A DNA stretch of 63,455 nt, counting the filler, from Thraustochytrium aureum (lineage: Eukaryota): NCBI GenBank assembly GCA_012862495.1. It is 4 parts of 2 records of this genome, joined end to end, with 100 filler letters (N's around TTAATTAATTAA, not from the genome) between each part and the next. Parts side by side here need not be neighbours in the genome. Positions count along the whole stretch, not along the records: positions 52,320 to 63,455 come from BLSG01000414.1; 3 more parts are not named here. One strand, written 5' to 3'. This document shows positions 57,513-63,455 of this stretch, piece by piece. Position 1 is the first letter of the stretch; each line of letters opens with the position of its first letter. Under the pieces are notes generated by a model that saw nothing but the letters and a program-made list of their open reading frames with translations, searched no databases and had not been told where the DNA came from. The position numbers were made by a program, and so were the translations under genes.

Positions 57513-57784
57513 GAGGCCCTGAGGAGTCTCCCCTGCCGAGGCCCTGAGGAGACCCGCCGTCCATGTCGGCTGCCGTGCTTCGGGGCCCTGAGCAGCGCAG
57601 GAGGTACGAGTACTCCTTTCGGCCCCCTCCCGTGAGGCCCTGAGGAGGAACGGGCACGAGTACGCTGCCTCTCTACGCAAGGCCCTGAGGAGGAACGGGC
57701 ACGAGGACGCTGCCTCTCCTTGCGAGGCCCTGAGGGCAGAGGAGGTACGAGTACGCTGCCTCTCTGGCGCGAGGCCCTGAGGAG
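57513..57784. repeat. Degenerate array of 7 GGCCCTGAG(G) cores with mostly ~45-bp periodicity
   Basis: Cores near 57513, 57538, 57582, 57634, 57679, 57724 and 57771; spacers share GTACGAGTAC and ACGCTGCCTCTC pieces. Confidence 0.85.
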
Positions 57785-58576
57785 CGGGTCAAGTGTGGTG
57801 AGTCTTGAGCGGGCACCGAGGGGCTGCTGCAAGTACAGCGATCGATCGCTCGAGTTCGAGTTGTGCCTTGGGCTGTGCAGGCAGTGCAGAATCGAGTTCG
57901 GTTTCTCGCGGGCCAGCCGTCTATCTCGCAGGCAGGCCGAGCTGTTGCAGAGCGCGAGCTGGAGTGCCAAGTGCGCTGGCGTCCTGCTGTTGCTGCGGTG
58001 CAGAGCTCGTTGAGGTCGAGCGGCCCTGCTGCGACTCGGACCCGGACGCGAGCGGGATCTGGCGATTGGGCAAGCGCGGGGATTGGTTGTGATTTTTGAG
58101 TGATTGATTGGCCAAGTCGACGGCCTCCCCACGCCCGGCCTTCGCACTGGCAGAGCGCGCGGCGGTCACGCTAGTGAAGGGGCCGACGCTGCGCTGGACG
58201 GACTCTGCTGTGCGGCTGGCGAGTCGCGCTGGAGCAGGAGCGGGCGGGCGGTGACGCGCCTGCCCGGACGCGCGCTCCTCGCGGAAACGAAACGGAAGGC
58301 GACGTAGAGCACCGCGCGCTCCAAAAGTGACATCGAAAGACAAAGCGCTTGTCTCGCCCTTTCGGGCAGAGACACGGTGATGGGATATGGATCTGGCGAT
58401 TCTTGGGCGGACGGCACCAGGAGCCCTGCTGCTCCAGTTCGAACGAGCTCAATTGAGCAGCGGCTCGCCCCGGTTCCGCCCCTACGCCATTCTCTGTCGC
58501 TCTCCAGCCTTGGCAACGGATCCGGGCTCGCGGCGATGTCGGCCGCCCCCAAACTCAGCAGGACATTCGGTTCCTG

Positions 58577-60006
58577 ATGATGCACTTGCAGCAGCTCCAC
58601 GGCCAGAACCAGCAGCAGGCCGAGGCAGCTGCTTTCGAGGATTTGCAGCGTCAGCGCCACTACCAACACCAGCACCAGCAACACATGAATCAAATTCAGC
58701 AACAGGCTCAGCCGCTGGCGTCAAGTCCAGCGACGCATCTACCGCAACCCGCGGCTCCTCATCAGCGCCAGCAAGGTGTGCAACCAGTAAACTCTTCCAC
58801 CCGAGCGCATCACCGCCAGCACCAGCTCCAAGCTCAGCAACACCAGCAACACCATCGACAGCACCAGCAACAGCAGCAGCAGCAGCAGCAGCAACAACAA
58901 CAGATCCGACCAGGCGCCTTGGACGGCTCCAGCACCCACGCGTCCTCGCCAGTTTCAAGCGCGCATAATGCACCCTTTGCCGACCGATTTGCCGCAGCGG
59001 CAAGCCCGACTACCCATTCACTCGAAGCCGTCATGCGCAGCGTCAACGCAGAGCTTGGAGGGTCGTTGGCTCAAGCTTTCGAACAGCTGCTGGGGAACTG
59101 CGAAACGCGGCTCTCAATACTGATCCAACAAGCGCACAACGGTCAGCTCGAGGCGATCCATCAACACCACGGCGTGGTCGCGCAGGCCCTCACCTCTTTG
59201 AACGAAACACAGCGGTCCGTTGCGTCGGCGTCGCCAAGCAGCCAGTCTCGGTCGTTCGCTGGGCGCGAACCGGCCCACGCTGGCCTCGGGGCCTCGCCGA
59301 CCCAATGCCAAGGCTGCGAGAGCCTATCAAGAGCTTTCGCCGAGTTCCAAGGGCGCGCGGTGACCGAGCTCAGCTGCGAGTCCGCCAGGCTGGCCGAGAC
59401 CAGCGCGGTGCTCCGACAAGAGTCACGAGATGCCGACAGCCTCGCCGCGCTGGTCGGCCGCCTCTCTGAGCGTCTTGCGTCGTTTGAGGCGGACGCCCCG
59501 CTTCTCAAGCAAGCCCAGCGGACACTCGCCGCAAGAGAGGCCCCGTCGCGCCCCGTCGATCAGAGCGCATAGCGACGCGCCAGTCACAAGTACAACTGCT
59601 GGGCCGAAGGGCGATCGGCGGTCCACCGACAAGTCCCCGTCCAGCTCGAGCTCGCGCTCTGGCGCCAGCCCGAGCGACTGGGCGCTGCCCCCACGCCCGC
59701 TGAGGGTCGCCTCCGCCAGTCTTGCTGTAGAGCGAGCCACGTTGCCAGCTCCTAGCTCGCTGTCCAAACGCGCCCCAGCATCTGCACCAGCCACGCCAGC
59801 CAGCCCAGGAACACCAAAGCGCCACCGCCAAGAACAGCCCCAGACAGTCGATGAATGCGACTCACAAAGCCCCAAGCGCCTCGCGCGCAGGAAAAAGCGC
59901 GCCATAGCGCATCCTGCCGATTCCACGGCGTTCGAGGCGCTTGAACGCGAGGCAGAGCCACAGACAGACACCTCCGAAGCGGCGTACGGCGAAAATGCCC
60001 ATGAAG
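58577..60006 (+). CDS. Gln-rich / coiled-coil protein region, probably the N-terminal part of the ankyrin protein (frameshift near 59560)
   Basis: PolyQ/H tracts, a coiled-coil segment and a Ser/Pro-rich continuation in another frame up to the gap. Confidence 0.55.
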
Positions 60007-60288
60007 NNNNNNNNNNNNNNNNNNNNNNNNNNNNNNNNNNNNNNNNNNNNNNNNNNNNNNNNNNNNNNNNNNNNNNNNNNNNNNNNNNNNNNNNNNNNNN
60101 NNNNNNNNNNNNNNNNNNNNNNNNNNNNNNNNNNNNNNNNNNNNNNNNNNNNNNNNNNNNNNNNNNNNNNNNNNNNNNNNNNNNNNNNNNNNNNNNNNNN
60201 NNNNNNNNNNNNNNNNNNNNNNNNNNNNNNNNNNNNNNNNNNNNNNNNNNNNNNNNNNNNNNNNNNNNNNNNNNNNNNNNNNNNNNNN

Positions 60289-61009
60289 CGTGCGCGACCG
60301 CCCAGCCCTCAGGCGTGCCAAAGACGGCGCGACCGGGCGAGGCCTCGCGCATCTCTACGTCGCGCGCGGCGCCGAAGCGTCAACCAAGGTGCTGAAACCG
60401 TTTGTTGCCGCCGGCTACGACTTTTCGAACCAAGACAGCACCGGCAACTCGGCCCTCCACCTCGTCATGCACTGCCGGTCCAAGGAGGAGGCCTTGCACC
60501 TCTTGCTGGAGGAGTGCCACGTCCGTCTGAACGACACAAACGCGGACGGCGACACCCCGCTGCACCTCTATGTGCGGAACGGACCTGTTTACCCGGCCAC
60601 GGTGCGGCTTTACGTCGAGTCCCAATCAGGCAGCGCCAATTTTGACGTCAACAGCGTGGGGGCCGAGCAGGAGACGGTACTGCATACCGTGCTCGCCAAC
60701 TTTCCTCGCCTCGACCTCACTGACGAAACCATACTCGAGTTGGCCAAGCTGTTTATTGACGCTGGCTTTGACCTCGCGAAACGGTCTGCGCGAGGGACAA
60801 CTGTGCTCGAGCAAGCGGAGCAGGTCGCCGCGCACGGCGCTGCAGACCTCCGCAAGACCACTGCATTCCTCCGGGAGGCGACGCTCGACCGGAGCCATGC
60901 AGCGGGCAGCGACGAGGACACGAATGAAAGCAACAGCACGGGACTGGCGCAGCCGCTCGAAGGAGCGAGCGAGGCGACAAGCTCTGCGCATGGCAAACCG
61001 GCGGGCTGA
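60289..61009 (+). CDS. Ankyrin-repeat protein, C-terminal part
   Basis: NQDSTGNSALHLV, NDTNADGDTPLHLY, NSVGAEQETVLHTV, KLFIDAGFDL. Confidence 0.88.
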
Positions 61010-61205
61010 AACGGGCCCTTCCATTGATTCAATTCAAAGGGGAGTGAGCTCCATGAATGTAGTTTTAGCAGCCCGCGCAAGCCCAAAACGCTTGATTGAG
61101 AGCAGGATAGTATGGTTTTACAAAGCGTCGACCCGGTTTGGTTGATCAGAGAAAGCGAAAGCGCCGCAACGCGGCTCGCAAGCGCCCCCCTCAACTTGAC
61201 AGGTT

Positions 61206-63455
61206 TTAAAACTCGACCTTGTCCAGGAATGCGTCGACGTCGTTGACGACAGAGCGCGTGGCGCCCGCGGCGCTCCCAAGCGGTTGCTGCGGGCCAGCTG
61301 GTGGAGCGGAGAGGTCCAGATTTGCTTCAAGGTGGATGCGTTCAACTCTGTCCGGACCCGCTCGGCCCGGGAGAGCAAATATTGTGCCCGCGGCCTGCGT
61401 CAGCCACTCGGGGCGCACGCTGGTCACATGGCTCAGCTGCTCGCCGAGGAAAGGAACAACAACCAAGGGGAGGCGGCGCGCCTCCAAACCGAGCAAACAG
61501 GCTCGAGGCGTGCAATTGTACCCGGCGGTTCTCGAGCAGCGTCTGATAGCCCGAGCCGTTCGGCATCGCGCGAGCCGCGCAGACGGCAAAGGCCGCGCTT
61601 GCGCACCGCTGGAGCGGCCGGGATTCTCAAAACAGGAGAGGAGTTCTGTGTTGTCGGCCGCGGCGAGCGCCCCGAGCTTGCGCTCGAGCACCTCCCGGAT
61701 CGCATCGATTCGCTCCAGCGCCTCAGGTCGAAGCCCGCGCTCTTCGCACCACGACCGTCGCGCACCGCGGCCTGCGGCAGAGCGCCAAACGCGGCACAAG
61801 TTGGCGTAGAGGATAAGATCCCCTTCTCGCGCGCCAAAGGCTGCGACCAGATCGTCGCGATGCGCACGGCTCTGACGTGTCGTCGCTGCCGCAAACGCGG
61901 TCCACCCTTCTCGCGACGCTGCCAAAAACGCAACGACGTCCAGCGCCTCGAGCGCACAGCCAAGCCGAAGAGACTCGAGCAAGAAGCGCCNNNNNNNNNN
62001 NNNNNNNNNNNNNNNNNNNNNNNNNNNNNNNNNNNNNNNNNNNNNNNNNNNNNNNNNNNNNNNNNNNNNNNNNNNNNNNNNNNNNNNNNNNNNNNNNNNN
62101 NNNNNNNNNNNNNNNNNNNNNNNNNNNNNNNNNNNNNNNNNNNNNNNNNNNNNNNNNNNNNNNNNNNNNNNNNNNNNNNNNNNNNNNNNNNNNNNNNNNN
62201 NNNNNNNNNNNNNNNNNNNNNNNNNNNNNNNNNNNNNNNNNNNNNNNNNNNNNNNNNNNNNNNNNNNNNNNNNNNNNNNNNNNNNNNNNNNNNNNNNNNN
62301 NNNNNNNNNNNNNNNNNNNNNNNNNNNNNNNNNNNNNNNNNNNNNNNNNNNNNNNNNNNNNNNNNNNNNNNNNNNNNNNNNNNNNNNNNNNNNNNNNNNN
62401 NNNNNNNNNNNNNNNNNNNNNNNNNNNNNNNNNNNNNNNNNNNNNNNNNNNNNNNNNNNNNNNNNNNNNNNNNNNNNNNNNNNNNNNNNNNNNNNNNNNN
62501 NNNNNNNNNNNNNNNNNNNNNNNNNNNNNNNNNNNNNNNNNNNNNNNNNNNNNNNNNNNNNNNNNNNNNNNNNNNNNNNNNNNNNNNNNNNNNNNNNNNN
62601 NNNNNNNNNNNNNNNNNNNNNNNNNNNNNNNNNNNNNNNNNNNNNNNNNNNNNNNNNNNNNNNNNNNNNNNNNNNNNNNNNNNNNNNNNNNNNNNNNNNN
62701 NNNNNNNNNNNNNNNNNNNNNNNNNNNNNNNNNNNNNNNNNNNNNNNNNNNNNNNNNNNNNNNNNNNNNNNNNNNNNNNNNNNNNNNNNNNNNNNNNNNN
62801 NNNNNNNNNNNNNNNNNNNNNNNNNNNNNNNNNNNNCGCAATGTCATGGAACGCGCCGGCGAGCTTGCCATAGCGCATCTCCAGCACGCTGCTGGCGACG
62901 ACGCAATTTCGCTTGCCAGGCGGGGCTGGGCCGACGCGCAGGCTGCTCTTGGTCGTCGTCCATTTGCTCAAGATGAGCGATGCCAGGCCCGACGCGGCTC
63001 CAAGCTGCTCGCAGCACGACTCCACAGAGGCGTCGTCCGGAAGAAAGACCAGCAAGTTTCCTGCGCGCAAGGGAAGCTCGGCGTGCAACCTGGCCACGAT
63101 CTCCGCTGCCTCAGACACCACGTTGTGACAGGCCGACTCGCGATACCGAATTGCGCGTGGCCGGGCCGACGCCGCAAGCGCCAATTCGCTCGGCCGGAGG
63201 TCTAGCACGGCAGCCATCTGCGGCGGAAACCCCCGCCGTTGAAAGCAGGAGGCGCAAAACGCGGCGCTCTCTTCGGAAGCGGCCACGACAACCAGGCGGA
63301 GCTCGGGCCGCTCCAGCACCAACTTGCGCAGAAAGGCCAGAAGCAGGTCGGTGTCCAGGGTGCGCTCCTCAAAGTCGTCGACGACCACGACGCTCGTTCT
63401 CTTCAGCGCGGGCTCGCGCTGCAGCTCGCCGCAAGCTCGCCGTCGCGCCAACGGT
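61206..63455 (-). CDS. Degenerate DEAH/RHA-family RNA helicase-like protein (partial, gapped)
   Basis: VVVVDDFEERTLDTDLLLAFLRKL..RPELRLVVVAAS, GNLLVFLP, KRNCVVASSVLE; HA2/OB region EGDLILYAN..WCEERGL..LHASSLF..VTSVRPEWL. Confidence 0.8.

Noticed and set aside
57513..57784. CRISPR array
   Set aside because: The core is only about 10-13 bp and the spacers are related to each other, as expected for a degenerate minisatellite.

Overview
GC-rich, intron-poor eukaryotic (protist) draft-assembly DNA, not prokaryotic. It has short GT-AG introns (74-95 nt), a flagellar gene (CFAP91), condensin, COG7 and a CHD remodeler; a flagellated stramenopile such as a thraustochytrid is plausible but is only inference. 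The window has many N gaps and three artificial TTAATTAATTAA linkers (20956, 40900, 52264), so it is at least four unlinked pieces. Several conserved genes carry frameshifts that are probably sequencing indels. About 22 protein genes are recognisable: a GYGD/CNBD K+ channel, ABM protein, IMPDH-like protein, COG7, CFAP91, NT5C-like HAD, OTU deubiquitinase, CHD remodeler, M20 peptidase, GDSL lipase, Ro60-like vWA protein, NCAPD2, GT61, DAHP synthase, RhoGAP-SH3-EH protein, FKBP-TPR protein, ankyrin protein and a DEAH-like protein. The most notable observations are: (1) an FKBP8-like PPIase-TPR protein extended past its membrane anchor into Canopy/saposin-like domains; (2) an IMPDH paralogue lacking the catalytic Cys and other active-site motifs; (3) a P-element-like transposase with a C-terminal Cys/His cluster and upstream direct repeats; (4) a CHD remodeler with a bromodomain inserted inside chromodomain 2, plus ARID and GATA-like domains. 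All family assignments come from motif recognition by eye; no database searches were run.
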